Shown: positions 27,609 to 37,333, numbered from the stretch's first letter. The stretch is 64,000 nt of DNA from an uncultured Desulfospira sp. (GCA_963663165.1 OY760175.1:736001-800000), one strand, 5' to 3'. Program-made: numbers and translations. Notes: a model not told the origin generated them from the sequence alone.

Positions 27609-27680
27609 TCACCACAGACAAAATCCAGTATAATAATACCGGTAAAAATAAAAAAATATGTCTGTGAGAATAATATGCAT
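27609..27680 (-). CDS. Aromatic-amino-acid leader peptide (pheL-like), MHIILTDIFFYFYRYYYTGFCLW
   Basis: Hand translation from ATG 27680 to TGA 27609: 23 aa with 4 Phe, 5 Tyr and 1 Trp in the last 15 codons; immediately followed by a terminator and then pheA. Confidence 0.88.
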   Translation of the reverse strand: MHIILTDIFFYFYRYYYTGFCLW

Positions 27681-27709
27681 TTCAAATTTTAATTTTATGT
27701 TTGATCAGA

Positions 27710-27738
27710 ACCCTATAACCGGCCAAAAAATATGTCAA
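27710..27738 (-). promoter_or_regulatory. Putative sigma70 promoter of the leader-pheA-aro operon
   Basis: TTGACA-17 bp-TAGGGT, about 30 bp upstream of the leader ATG. Confidence 0.65.
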
Positions 27739-27812
27739 GAAATTTATCTGCACGGATCATGGGACTTTTCAGATGAACCCTTCCTTTAGGGGGATGGTTT
27801 ATCTCCAAAAAA

Positions 27813-27898
27813 TTGGACTTGGGACTCGGGATATGGGACTTGGGGATTGCGGCATCCACGGCCTCCCCAAGTCCCATATCCCATATCCCAAGTCTCAA
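27813..27898. repeat. 7-bp-periodic inverted repeat (TGGGACT/AGTCCCA family)
   Basis: TTGGACT TGGGACT CGGGATA TGGGACT TGGGGA ... TCCCCA AGTCCCA TATCCCA TATCCCA AGTCTCA. Confidence 0.85.
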
Positions 27899-27976
27899 CA
27901 ATATACATTATAAAATTTACATACAACGTCCAAATATCATGCCGGATTATGAATGTGGTTGCCCAGAATACGGTTC

Positions 27977-29218
27977 TCATTCCCGGTTAAAAACAAAAGA
28001 TTTTATCCGGTTGCCGTCCATGTCTTTGACCGTGATGGTCCATTTATCAACCACGATGGATTCTCCGGGCTGGGGAATCCGTTCAATCTGTTTGAGGAAA
28101 AAACCGGAAAAGGTGTCATAATTGGCGGATTCCGGGATGGAGATATTGATTTTTTTATTTAAATCGTAAATATCGATCTTTCCGGCCACCAGCCATTTGT
28201 TTCCCTTAATCCGGATGATATCCGGTACGTTCCGGTCGGATTCGTCTGAAATATCCCCGATAATTTCTTCCACCACATCTTCGAGGGTGACAATCCCGGC
28301 CACGCCGCCATGCTCATCCACTACAATGGCCATGTGGCTTTTTTTGATCTTAAACTCGTGGAGCAAAGAATCCAGCTTTTTAAATTCCGGTATGAAATAT
28401 GGCTTTTTCATAATCTTTTTGACATCCAGTGATTCGGGATCTTCTTTTTGCTCGGTGATTTTCTGGAAGCTTGCAAACAGGTCTTTTACATGAAGAATGC
28501 CGATGACATGGTCAATGGAATCTTCAATCACCGGGATTCTTGAAAATCCGGTCTCCAGGATTTTCTGGATATCAAGCCCGTTGGATACATCAATAAAAAA
28601 CATATCCGCCCTGGGGGTCATGATTTCAGAGCAGGCCGTGTCGTCAAAATCAAAAATATTGCTGATCAGTTCCTTTTCTTCTTCCTTGATTTCCCCTTCC
28701 CCCTCAACCACTTCTACCATGGTCATCAGTTCATCTTCGGTGACCGCTTCCTGGGCATTGTCAATGGTACCGTGGAGTTTGGGAATAAAATTAAGAATAA
28801 AAATCAAAGGCCAGAACAGCCGGGACAACCAGAACAGGGGGTAGATCACCATCCGGGAAACCAGGACATTGTTGTGGTTGGCAAAGGATTTGGGGAAAAT
28901 TTCGCCAAAGACCAGGATCAGCAGGGTCATCCCGCCGGTAGCGATCCCGACGGCATTGGATTGAAAATGGGATATGGCAAGGGAGGTGGCAAGGGCCGAG
29001 GCCCCGATATTAACGATGTTGTTCCCGATCAGGATGGTGGTTAAAAGCGTATGGGAATTCTCTTTCATGTCCATGATCAGCTGACCGGTCTTTGAGCCGT
29101 CCTTGGCAATGTGAAAGGCCTTAATTTTGGATATGGAAAACAGCGCGGTTTCCGACGATGAAAAAAAGCCTGACAGAAACAGGCAGATCACCAGAAGAAT
29201 CATTTCAAAGGTTAGCAA
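27977..29218 (-). CDS. CNNM/HlyC-CorC family protein (DUF21-CBS-CBS-CorC)
   Basis: SGFFSSSETALFS, ILIGNNIVN, FGEIFPK, IMTPR, FSRIPV, VDEHGG..GIVTLEDVVEEIIG. Confidence 0.92.
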   Translation of the reverse strand: MLTFEMILLVICLFLSGFFSSSETALFSISKIKAFHIAKDGSKTGQLIMDMKENSHTLLTTILIGNNIVNIGASALATSLAISHFQSNAVGIATGGMTLLILVFGEIFPKSFANHNNVLVSRMVIYPLFWLSRLFWPLIFILNFIPKLHGTIDNAQEAVTEDELMTMVEVVEGEGEIKEEEKELISNIFDFDDTACSEIMTPRADMFFIDVSNGLDIQKILETGFSRIPVIEDSIDHVIGILHVKDLFASFQKITEQKEDPESLDVKKIMKKPYFIPEFKKLDSLLHEFKIKKSHMAIVVDEHGGVAGIVTLEDVVEEIIGDISDESDRNVPDIIRIKGNKWLVAGKIDIYDLNKKINISIPESANYDTFSGFFLKQIERIPQPGESIVVDKWTITVKDMDGNRIKSFVFNRE

Positions 29219-29300
29219 AATGGAACGGGTCCTATATAGTTTAAAGATGGGTTATCTTTAATCGTATTTTCAATGGTTTGTCAATGCTTAGGGATAAGGT

Positions 29301-30464
29301 TTACCCTTGTTTTCGGATTAAACTCAAGGCGAGCCTTGCCGCCCTTAAGGGGGCTCCGGGAGGTCCGAGCCGCTTTCTGACACGGCCAAGTTTTCTGGAA
29401 ATTAAAGGCAGATCCTTAATCATTTCAAGGGATACCCGGTATATGTTGTCTACGGTGGCCTCGTGCTGAATCAGCTCCGGCATGACAGGGCTGTTGGTGA
29501 TAATATTGGCAAGGCCGGCATATTTAACCTTGACCAGTATTTTGGCCAGAAAAAAGCTGACGGCCTGCATTTTGTAGATAATAATGGTGGGCACCTGGGC
29601 TAAGGCCGCCTCTAAGGTGACGGTTCCGGAGGCGGCAATGAGCAGGTCGGCCCGCTCAAAGATGGTCCCGGGGTGCCCCTGAACCACCTCAAACCGTCCG
29701 CCCGGATCATATTCGCTGACCATGGCGCTGATTTTTTCATGGGATACAGATCCGGCACAGGAGACATAAACCCGCGTATCCGGAAAGGTCTGGCCGATTT
29801 TCAAGGCCGTTTTGAGCATGGGGACAAGCAGCCGGTCAATTTCAGAGCGCCTTGACCCGGGCAGCAGGCCAATGGACAGGGGGTGATGGGCGGCTTTGTT
29901 CTTAACCCCGGGCTGAATCTGAAAACCAAGATAATCCACAAGGGGATTTCCCACGTAAGTGCAGGGGATGTCGGCTTTTTTATATATTTTTTCCTCAAAG
30001 GGAAAAATCAAGGCCGCATGGTCGATATTTTTTTTAATGGTTTTTAACCGGCCCGGGTTCCAGGCCCAGACCTTGGGGGTGATATAGTATAAAATTTTAA
30101 AATCATATCGCTTTTTGGCGTAGGCAGCGGCTTTCAGATTGAATCCGGGATAGTCCACCAGGATTAAAAGGTCGGGCGGCTCGGTCCTTAACTCATCCCG
30201 GAACCGGTTAAAGGCCTGCTTAATATACTTAAACTGAAGCACCACCTCTGTGGCGCCCATGGCCGAAAGCCGGTCAATGGTGTAAAACAGCCTGGCCCCG
30301 GCAGCGGCCATGTTCGGACCGCCAATGCCGGTGACCCGCGCATTGGCATTGAGCTTAAGCATATTTTTTATTAGTGCGGCCCCGTGGATATCTCCCGAAG
30401 GCTCGCCGGCCAGAACCATGATACGGGGAAAAGCGCAGTCTATGGACTTGTCAGGCTCTTTCAT
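29301..30464 (-). CDS. lpxB: Lipid A disaccharide synthase
   Basis: AGEPSGD, VDYPGFN, PKVWAW, LLPGSRRSE, ASGTVTLE. Confidence 0.96.
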   Translation of the reverse strand: MKEPDKSIDCAFPRIMVLAGEPSGDIHGAALIKNMLKLNANARVTGIGGPNMAAAGARLFYTIDRLSAMGATEVVLQFKYIKQAFNRFRDELRTEPPDLLILVDYPGFNLKAAAYAKKRYDFKILYYITPKVWAWNPGRLKTIKKNIDHAALIFPFEEKIYKKADIPCTYVGNPLVDYLGFQIQPGVKNKAAHHPLSIGLLPGSRRSEIDRLLVPMLKTALKIGQTFPDTRVYVSCAGSVSHEKISAMVSEYDPGGRFEVVQGHPGTIFERADLLIAASGTVTLEAALAQVPTIIIYKMQAVSFFLAKILVKVKYAGLANIITNSPVMPELIQHEATVDNIYRVSLEMIKDLPLISRKLGRVRKRLGPPGAPLRAARLALSLIRKQG

Positions 30465-30470
30465 GAAATT

Positions 30471-31322
30471 TTAAACGTCCTTGGGGATATCGTCATCGGT
30501 AAGAGCGACCACGGCAATGGCATGCTGGTCGGCCAGGGCAATCATTTCTTTGCGGTCAAAGCAGATGGATTTGCCGGCTTCAAGGGCCAGAACACGGGCA
30601 CCGGCCGCCGCCATGGTTTGAATAGTGCCAAGGCCCGAGGCCGGCAGATCAAAGCGCAGGTCCTGACCGGGCTTGGATAATTTGACCACCACAGGGCCGC
30701 TTTTACAGGACAGCTCCCCTCCCCGTTTAATAGCGGCATCGGTTCCCTCCACCGCCTCAACCGCCAGGATGGTTCCGTTGCTGATCACAACGCACTGGCC
30801 GATATCGAGTTTACCGATTTGTCTGGCCAGTTTCCAACCCTGGAAAATGTCTCTTTTCTCACCCCTGTCAGGGGATCTTCTGGTCCAGCATCCTTTGGGG
30901 CTGATAATTTCGGGCAAGATCATGGTAGACGGCAGAATGTTAATCCCTTCTTTGAACAGCAGTTGTGCAAAAGAAGACAGGATGCTGTCGTCATGGGTCC
31001 GTTTGGTTGTGGCAATAAAGGTCAGGGCTTTCAAGTCCGGGCGGATATCTTTAAAAATATTAATCTTTTTAACCGTTCCCAGCATAACGGCCTGGGTGAT
31101 ATCATGTTGACCGAAAAACCGGACCAGTTTGGATATCTGGCCTAGATGAATCCAGGAAAAATGATCTACCAGAGTGCAAAGGTCAGGGTCTGTTTCAGAT
31201 TTAAAGCCCACCGCCGCAGTTTGAAACCCTTTTTCCCGGGCTTTTTCGGCAAAAAGCCGCGGGAACTGCCCACCGCCGGCAATGATTCCGATTTTCATGT
31301 CCTGTGTCTGGCGGCTGTCCAT
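30471..31322 (-). CDS. lpxI: UDP-2,3-diacylglucosamine hydrolase LpxI
   Basis: IGIIAGGGQFP, DIGQCVV, AVEAVEGTD, KPGQDLRFDLP; between lpxA and lpxB. Start reset to 31322. Confidence 0.92.
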   Translation of the reverse strand: MDSRQTQDMKIGIIAGGGQFPRLFAEKAREKGFQTAAVGFKSETDPDLCTLVDHFSWIHLGQISKLVRFFGQHDITQAVMLGTVKKINIFKDIRPDLKALTFIATTKRTHDDSILSSFAQLLFKEGINILPSTMILPEIISPKGCWTRRSPDRGEKRDIFQGWKLARQIGKLDIGQCVVISNGTILAVEAVEGTDAAIKRGGELSCKSGPVVVKLSKPGQDLRFDLPASGLGTIQTMAAAGARVLALEAGKSICFDRKEMIALADQHAIAVVALTDDDIPKDV

Positions 31323-31335
31323 ACCCCCCCGTTCA

Positions 31336-32106
31336 TCAGCGGGCCACCCCCCGGTTGGATTTGACAATAAATTCCATAAAATTTTTAACTTCCGGGACCT
31401 GCTCCACTTCAGCCTTTACCCGTTCTGAGGCCTGTTTAACGGTCAGGCCGATCCTGAAAAAAATCCGGTAGGCCTTTTTAAGCTGCCGGATGGTGGAGTT
31501 GGAGAACTTATGCCGTTTGAGCCCCACGTTGTTCAACCCGTGAAGGGTTGCCCGGTCGCCAGCGGCAATGACATAAGGCGGAATATCTTTGACCACGGCG
31601 GATTTGCCGCCGATATAGGCATAATCCCCGATGTGGACAAACTGGTGAATGGCCACCAGGCCGCCAATGGTAGCATGATTCCCGATTTCAATATGACCGG
31701 CAAGGGTGGAGTTATTGGCCAGGATCACCTGCCGCCCGGTCTTGCAGTCGTGGGCAATATGGGTATAGGCCATCAGATAATTCTGGTCCCCCACTTCGGT
31801 AATACCTCCGCCGGCTTCGGTTCCCCGGTTGATAGTGACAAATTCACGGATAATGGTGCCGCGGCCTATGGTCAGATAACTTTTTTCCCCATGAAATTTT
31901 AAATCCTGGGGGGCCCCGCCAATAGAGGCATACTGGTAAATCTGGCAGTTTTCTCCAATGGTCACGTACTTTTCCACTGTGGCATGGGACCCGATGGTGG
32001 TGCCTGAACCAATGCGGACATCGGATTCAATAATGGCGTAAGGACCAATGGTGACATTGGCATCGATTTCTGCCGAAGGGCTGATAATGGCCGTGGGATG
32101 AATCAT
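31336..32106 (-). CDS. lpxA: UDP-N-acetylglucosamine acyltransferase
   Basis: IHPTAII, PQDLKF, IREFVTINRGT, HIAHDC, LAGHI, HQFV, GLNNVGLKR. Confidence 0.97.
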   Translation of the reverse strand: MIHPTAIISPSAEIDANVTIGPYAIIESDVRIGSGTTIGSHATVEKYVTIGENCQIYQYASIGGAPQDLKFHGEKSYLTIGRGTIIREFVTINRGTEAGGGITEVGDQNYLMAYTHIAHDCKTGRQVILANNSTLAGHIEIGNHATIGGLVAIHQFVHIGDYAYIGGKSAVVKDIPPYVIAAGDRATLHGLNNVGLKRHKFSNSTIRQLKKAYRIFFRIGLTVKQASERVKAEVEQVPEVKNFMEFIVKSNRGVAR

Positions 32107-32121
32107 GACTGCTCCAAATTC

Positions 32122-32196
32122 GTGTTTGAATAAAGAATTATCCTTGGGCTGTATGGCATGAAAGGTGACAGCTTACGAAAGGTTTCATCCAGACAC
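32122..32196. mobile_element. Possible degenerate, internally shortened copy of the 125-bp element
   Basis: Begins GTGTTTGAATAAAGAATT and ends TTTCATCCAGACAC, resembling the element's TIRs; the interior does not clearly match. Confidence 0.35.
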
Positions 32197-32204
32197 AGTT
32201 ATGT

Positions 32205-33272
32205 TTAATTTTGGTTATGCTGTTCAAGGGCATTAAGCCGCTTTTCAATGGACATTAATTTCTTTCGCATTCCAGGCAGTCTCAATAAAATTTGGGAAAC
32301 TTTAAGCCAGGTCTGGTGAGGCATTTGGGGAATTCCTGAAACAATCTGTCCGCCCGGGACATCAGAAGCCACCCCGGCATAGGGACCGACAATGGCCCCG
32401 TCTCCGATATGAAGGTGGCCGGATACGCCGGCCTTGCCCGCAATGATCACGTTTTTGCCCACCGTGGTAGACCCGGCAATGCCCACCTGGGCTACGATAA
32501 GGGTGTTGTCGCCGATTTTAACGTTGTGGGCGATATGGATCTGGTTGTCGGTTTTCACCCCTGATCCAATGATGGTGGTGCCCAGGGTTCCCCGGTCAAT
32601 GGTATTGCAGGCACCGATTTCCACGTGGTCACCGATGTGTACATATCCGGTGTGGGGAAGTTTTTCATGATTGGTGCCGGCCTGGGCAAATCCATACCCG
32701 TCAGACCCGATCACCGTTCCCGAATGAATGAGCCCGTGATGTCCGATCCTGGTCCGGTCCATCAGGGTCACATTGGGTTTGATTACCGTATGTTCTCCGA
32801 TAATGGATTTGCGGCCCACAAACACGCCGGGCATTAAATGGACATGGTCTTTGATCACCGCATGATCCTCAATGACCACATGGGCCTCAATGGTAACCCC
32901 CTCCCCTAAACAGACACCGTTTCCGATGACCGCCAAAGGGCTGATATACGGAACCGGATTTCTGGGCGGATGAAAATAGGGCACCAGCTTAAAAAAGGCC
33001 AGCCGGGGGTGATCGGTTTTGAGCAGGGTGGTATTCGAGCAGGGTTTACAAGACGCGGGGACAATCACTGCCCCGGCCCTGACCGATTCAATACGGGACA
33101 AAAATTCGGGTTCAACAGCAAAGGTAATATCATTGGGGCCGGCATCATCAAAAGATGACACCCCTGAAATAACCAGATTGCCCTGCCCTTCCATCCGGGC
33201 ATCAATGATCCGGGCAATTTGTTCTACAGGGTAAGGCCCTGGCTGATATGGGTTAGAACTTGTTGACTCCAC
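32205..33272 (-). CDS. lpxD: UDP-3-O-acylglucosamine N-acyltransferase
   Basis: Hexapeptide repeats, [30 protein letters not shown]. Confidence 0.96.
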   Translation of the reverse strand: MESTSSNPYQPGPYPVEQIARIIDARMEGQGNLVISGVSSFDDAGPNDITFAVEPEFLSRIESVRAGAVIVPASCKPCSNTTLLKTDHPRLAFFKLVPYFHPPRNPVPYISPLAVIGNGVCLGEGVTIEAHVVIEDHAVIKDHVHLMPGVFVGRKSIIGEHTVIKPNVTLMDRTRIGHHGLIHSGTVIGSDGYGFAQAGTNHEKLPHTGYVHIGDHVEIGACNTIDRGTLGTTIIGSGVKTDNQIHIAHNVKIGDNTLIVAQVGIAGSTTVGKNVIIAGKAGVSGHLHIGDGAIVGPYAGVASDVPGGQIVSGIPQMPHQTWLKVSQILLRLPGMRKKLMSIEKRLNALEQHNQN

Positions 33273-33293
33273 CGGCTTTTGCTCTGAAAAGGG

Positions 33294-33830
33294 TTACTTT
33301 TTGCTGGCCATCTGTTTGTTATAGGCCTCAATGACCCGGTCTGTGATATCCATCTGGTCAGGCATGTAGATGATACCGGCAGTTTTTCTTTCCATGATCA
33401 TCATATACCCCTCATCCTTTCCGATCTGATCGGTAATTTTAAATACATCGGTCTGGATTTCTTTGATGAGTTCTATTTCCATGGTTTTTAACTCTCTGGC
33501 AAAATCTTCCTGCATTTTTTTTAAATCATTAACCCGGATTCTAAACTCCCGTTCCTTTTCTTTTTTCTTTTCCGCACTCAGCAAAAGGGCTTCTTTTTCA
33601 TAGTTTTGAGACATTTCTTCAAGTTCGGCTTTTTCTTTTTCCAGTTTTCCTTTAAGCTCCTGGCCCTTTTCCTGAAGCTGATTCTGGGTCAGTTTCCCCT
33701 TGCTGGACTCTTTGAGAATTTTTTCAAAATTAAGGACCCCAATTTTGGCCACATCTGCGCTGAACACCGGCTGGCAAAGTCCTGCAATCCCGAACAGGGT
33801 AATCATTGCCATAATCATAAATTTTTTCAT
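33294..33830 (-). CDS. skp: Periplasmic chaperone Skp/OmpH
   Basis: Signal peptide, KIGVLNFEKIL, coiled coil, DITDRVI; between bamA and lpxD. Confidence 0.92.
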   Translation of the reverse strand: MKKFMIMAMITLFGIAGLCQPVFSADVAKIGVLNFEKILKESSKGKLTQNQLQEKGQELKGKLEKEKAELEEMSQNYEKEALLLSAEKKKEKEREFRIRVNDLKKMQEDFARELKTMEIELIKEIQTDVFKITDQIGKDEGYMMIMERKTAGIIYMPDQMDITDRVIEAYNKQMASKK

Positions 33831-33911
33831 TTTTTTCTCCTAAAATTTAAGTAATGATTGCTTATGTTTTCTTGTATTCAAAAATCAAGGTAATCGCCGC
33901 CGGCCCGGCTT

Positions 33912-33947
33912 ATAGCTAAAAGCTAACAGCCAATGGCTAACAGCTGA
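33912..33947. repeat. Heptamer tandem (ACAGCTA family) after the bamA stop
   Basis: ATAGCTA AAAGCTA ACAGCCA ATGGCTA ACAGCTG. Confidence 0.8.
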
Positions 33948-33950
33948 AAA

Positions 33951-36632
33951 TTAAAAGAACGCACCAACACTAAAGTCAAACTGCCCCTCTCCGGTATCCT
34001 TGACATCCTGTCCTTCCACCACGATGCCGTAAGCCAGCCGGATGGGCCCCATGGGGGAGTTCCAGCGAAATTCAAAACCCACCGTGGAATACTGTTCGCC
34101 CAGATCAATGCTGTCCCCTTTCCGGTAAACATCCCCCCGGTCATAAAACAGAACTCCGATCACCCCCATTTCTTCCTGGATGGGAAAAATCAGCTCAAAA
34201 TTAAACATCACATACTGTTCACCACCGCGCTGGATGGTTTCCCCTTCCGGGGTACAGTTGATGTCGGTGTCATCAAACCCCCGGATGGAGTTAATGCCCC
34301 CAAGGTAAAATCTTTCCCAGTCAATGTCGATATCGTTGCCGGTCCGGTCGTCTAAGTAACCTCCCTCAGCATGAAGGGCACCGACAAACTTCCAGAACAG
34401 GGGAATCCAGTAGCCGGTTTCAACCAGGTACCTGGTAAAATCGACTTCTCCGCCCACAAACTCCCCGGCATATTCAATGGAAAATTTATGGAATGCCCCC
34501 TTGGTGGGAAGAAAATAATGATTCCTTGAATCATACTTGATGTACGGCTTGATACTTGAGGTGATCCATGATCCTTCCATCACATTGGTATAGTCGCTTT
34601 CCACATCCGAGATATCAAATTTTTCCAGATTATATTCTACGCCCACCGTGGTGTAATCCCACAGGGCCCGGTATCCGGTTCTCAGGGTAAAGCCCACGGA
34701 GTCGCGATCATAATAATCATATTCTTTTTCCAGTTTGTAGACATCAGCCCCCACGGAAATGGGTCTGTCAAAGAGCCAGGGCTCGGTAAATCCGATCTTG
34801 TACAAGAGGGTTGAACCCGATAACCGGGTTAACAGCTTTAAGTTGTATCCACGCCCTAAAAAGTTTCGTTCTTCCAGGGATACCTGGGCAAAGGCCCCGT
34901 CATCACTGGAAAAACCGCCGCCAAAAGAAATGTTGCCGGTGGCTTTTTCTTCCACTTTGACATCAACGTCCCGATAATTTGGCCGGTCAGTGGGGACCGG
35001 GGTAACTTCAATATTTTGAAAGTAGTCTTTGTAATTCAAGTTCCGGTAGCTTCGCTGAAGTCCATGTTTGGAGTAAAGCCCCTGTTCTTCAATGGCCAGT
35101 TCCCGTCGAATGACCTTGTCCCGGGTTTTTGAATTGCCGGTGATCACAATCCGGTTAAAGTAAACCAGATCTTTTTTGTCGATCTTAAACGACAGGTTGA
35201 CCACATGTTTCTCATCATCCTTGTCCATTAAAGGAACCACATCCACATTGGCATATCCCTTGTCGGAATACATATCCGTTAAGGTAATCATGTCCTTTCG
35301 GACCAGTTCCCGGTTGTAAAGTTCCCCTTCCTTGGATTCCATGCCGGCCATCAGTTCTTCCCTGGTTGTCAGGATATCACCGGTAATGGCAACCGTGCCG
35401 ACCTTATACTGTTCTCCCTCTTTGATTTTAAAATGAATGGAGATGCTTTCATGGCCAAACTCGATCTGTGGATCTGATACTTTGGCATTAATGAACCCAT
35501 TGTTTTTATAGAAGGATTCAAGTCTGAGGGCGTCATTTAGGGCCTCGGTTTCATTTAAATCCCCGGATGAAGTAATAAAGGACCAGAACCCTTTTTCCGA
35601 TGTCTGAATTTCATCTTTAAGATCGTCTTCATCAAAGAAGCTGTTTCCTTCAAAAGTAATGGACTCTACCTTCAGCTTTTTGCCCTCGTCTATGGTAAAG
35701 ACAATATCGGCCTGGTTGTTGTCAAGGGGGTTGACCTCGTACTCTATGACACAATTATGATAATTTTTATCGGTGTACAATTGCTTTAACCGTTCAACAT
35801 CCGAGTTGATCTTGTACAGGTTTAAGATGGATCCCGTACGGGTTTCCACCACCTCGAACAACTCTTCTTCTTCGTAAATAACATTTTTCGTGAATATGAT
35901 TTTCCGGACACTGGGCTTTTCAGCAACCTCAAAAATAATTTCAAGGCCCCGGTCAAGTTTGTTCTTTTTAACCGTAACGTCATCAAAATAGCCCATTTTA
36001 TAAATTTGTTCCAGGTCATGGGACAACTTTCCCGAATCGGCAATATCGCCTTTCTGGGAGGTAACCACCCTGAGAATGGCATCGGATTCCACCCGTTTGT
36101 TCCCTTTTACGGTAAACAGGGCAATCACGCTTTTTTCAAACAATTCCCCGGTAATGGAACGGCCAAGCCGGTTCACGGCAGACCCTAACCCGCCGATACC
36201 TTCGGCCTGGGAGAAAAAGGTTAAGGGCGGCTCATTTTCAAACACATTGTGCATGCTGGTATCAAGGCTGACCCCCTTGCCGGCCATGAAGATGTGGCCG
36301 GTGATGATCCGGTCTACCCCTAAACGGACCCCCTCTTCCCGGAATTTGTAATAATCCCATTGATCCATCTGGCTCGGGTCAGTCAGATCTGTAACAATAA
36401 CAATTTTTGCGCCGTCCTTTTCCAGCCGTTCCTTGAGCATCTGAAGGATACTTTCCTGGATTTTGGGGTTTGGCTGTTCCGCCTGGATAGAAAAGGGAAA
36501 CAGGGCAACCGAAGGCGCCTGGGCAAACGCCAGGGGTGAGGCCAGGGTTGTAATCAAGATTGTAAAACCAAAAAACATCAGCCATGCCGGGCCAAAGGCC
36601 TTAAGGTGTTGTCTAACATTCATGGGTAACAT
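33951..36632 (-). CDS. bamA: Outer membrane protein assembly factor BamA (with extra N-terminal domain)
   Basis: Five POTRA repeats (GNKRV, GYF, GNSKTRDKVIRRE), barrel with IRGF motif, WNSPMGPIRLAYG, terminal F. Confidence 0.95.
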   Translation of the reverse strand: MLPMNVRQHLKAFGPAWLMFFGFTILITTLASPLAFAQAPSVALFPFSIQAEQPNPKIQESILQMLKERLEKDGAKIVIVTDLTDPSQMDQWDYYKFREEGVRLGVDRIITGHIFMAGKGVSLDTSMHNVFENEPPLTFFSQAEGIGGLGSAVNRLGRSITGELFEKSVIALFTVKGNKRVESDAILRVVTSQKGDIADSGKLSHDLEQIYKMGYFDDVTVKKNKLDRGLEIIFEVAEKPSVRKIIFTKNVIYEEEELFEVVETRTGSILNLYKINSDVERLKQLYTDKNYHNCVIEYEVNPLDNNQADIVFTIDEGKKLKVESITFEGNSFFDEDDLKDEIQTSEKGFWSFITSSGDLNETEALNDALRLESFYKNNGFINAKVSDPQIEFGHESISIHFKIKEGEQYKVGTVAITGDILTTREELMAGMESKEGELYNRELVRKDMITLTDMYSDKGYANVDVVPLMDKDDEKHVVNLSFKIDKKDLVYFNRIVITGNSKTRDKVIRRELAIEEQGLYSKHGLQRSYRNLNYKDYFQNIEVTPVPTDRPNYRDVDVKVEEKATGNISFGGGFSSDDGAFAQVSLEERNFLGRGYNLKLLTRLSGSTLLYKIGFTEPWLFDRPISVGADVYKLEKEYDYYDRDSVGFTLRTGYRALWDYTTVGVEYNLEKFDISDVESDYTNVMEGSWITSSIKPYIKYDSRNHYFLPTKGAFHKFSIEYAGEFVGGEVDFTRYLVETGYWIPLFWKFVGALHAEGGYLDDRTGNDIDIDWERFYLGGINSIRGFDDTDINCTPEGETIQRGGEQYVMFNFELIFPIQEEMGVIGVLFYDRGDVYRKGDSIDLGEQYSTVGFEFRWNSPMGPIRLAYGIVVEGQDVKDTGEGQFDFSVGAFF

Positions 36633-36640
36633 GCCATTCC

Positions 36641-37333
36641 TTAATCTGCGGGTATTATTTTTGATTCGTCCAGTGTAACGCGCCGGTCCATCATTCCTGC
36701 AAGCATTGTATTGTGGGTAACAACAATCATGGTCATGCCAAGCTCCCTGTTTAACTGGTTGAGAAGTTCATGAACGGCCATGCTGTTGGACTGATCCAAA
36801 TTGCCTGTGGGCTCATCGGCAAGCAGCAGATCCGGTTTCATGACAAGGGCCCTGGCTATGGCCACCCGTTGCTGCTCTCCGCCGGACAAATCTTCTGCCC
36901 GGTGGGTAAGTCTGGAACCAAGCCCTACTCTTTCAAGCATATTTACGGCATTGTTTTCAATAGTTTTTTTTGACATTCTGCCGATCAATCCCGGAATCAT
37001 CACATTTTCAACGGCGGTAAACCCCTGAAGCAGATAATGAAATTGAAAGATAAACCCGATCCTGGAATTTCGAAATTGCGCCAGGGCCTTATCTTTGAGC
37101 GTGAGCAGGTCCATATCCTGGAACATGATTCTTCCTGAATCGGGCCGGTCCAGGGTGCCGATGATATTTAAAAGTGTGGATTTTCCGATTCCCGAAGCCC
37201 CGACAACGGCAATGCTTTCAGATTTTTTTATGGTTAAATCGGCCTGATCCAGAATCCGGATGGGCGGCTGTCCGTTAAACGCTTTTGTCAGCCCTTCCAG
37301 CGACAGCAGGTATTCACTACAATCCTTATCCAT
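36641..37333 (-). CDS. lolD: Lipoprotein-releasing ABC transporter ATPase
   Basis: GASGIGKST, GFIFQFHYLL, LSGGEQQRVA, LADEPTGNLD. Start reset to 37333. Confidence 0.92.
   Translation of the reverse strand: MDKDCSEYLLSLEGLTKAFNGQPPIRILDQADLTIKKSESIAVVGASGIGKSTLLNIIGTLDRPDSGRIMFQDMDLLTLKDKALAQFRNSRIGFIFQFHYLLQGFTAVENVMIPGLIGRMSKKTIENNAVNMLERVGLGSRLTHRAEDLSGGEQQRVAIARALVMKPDLLLADEPTGNLDQSNSMAVHELLNQLNRELGMTMIVVTHNTMLAGMMDRRVTLDESKIIPAD

Noticed and set aside
27545..27700. T-box riboswitch upstream of pheA
   Set aside because: No AAGGTGGTACCGCG-type T-box or stem I motifs; the leader-peptide model explains the region.
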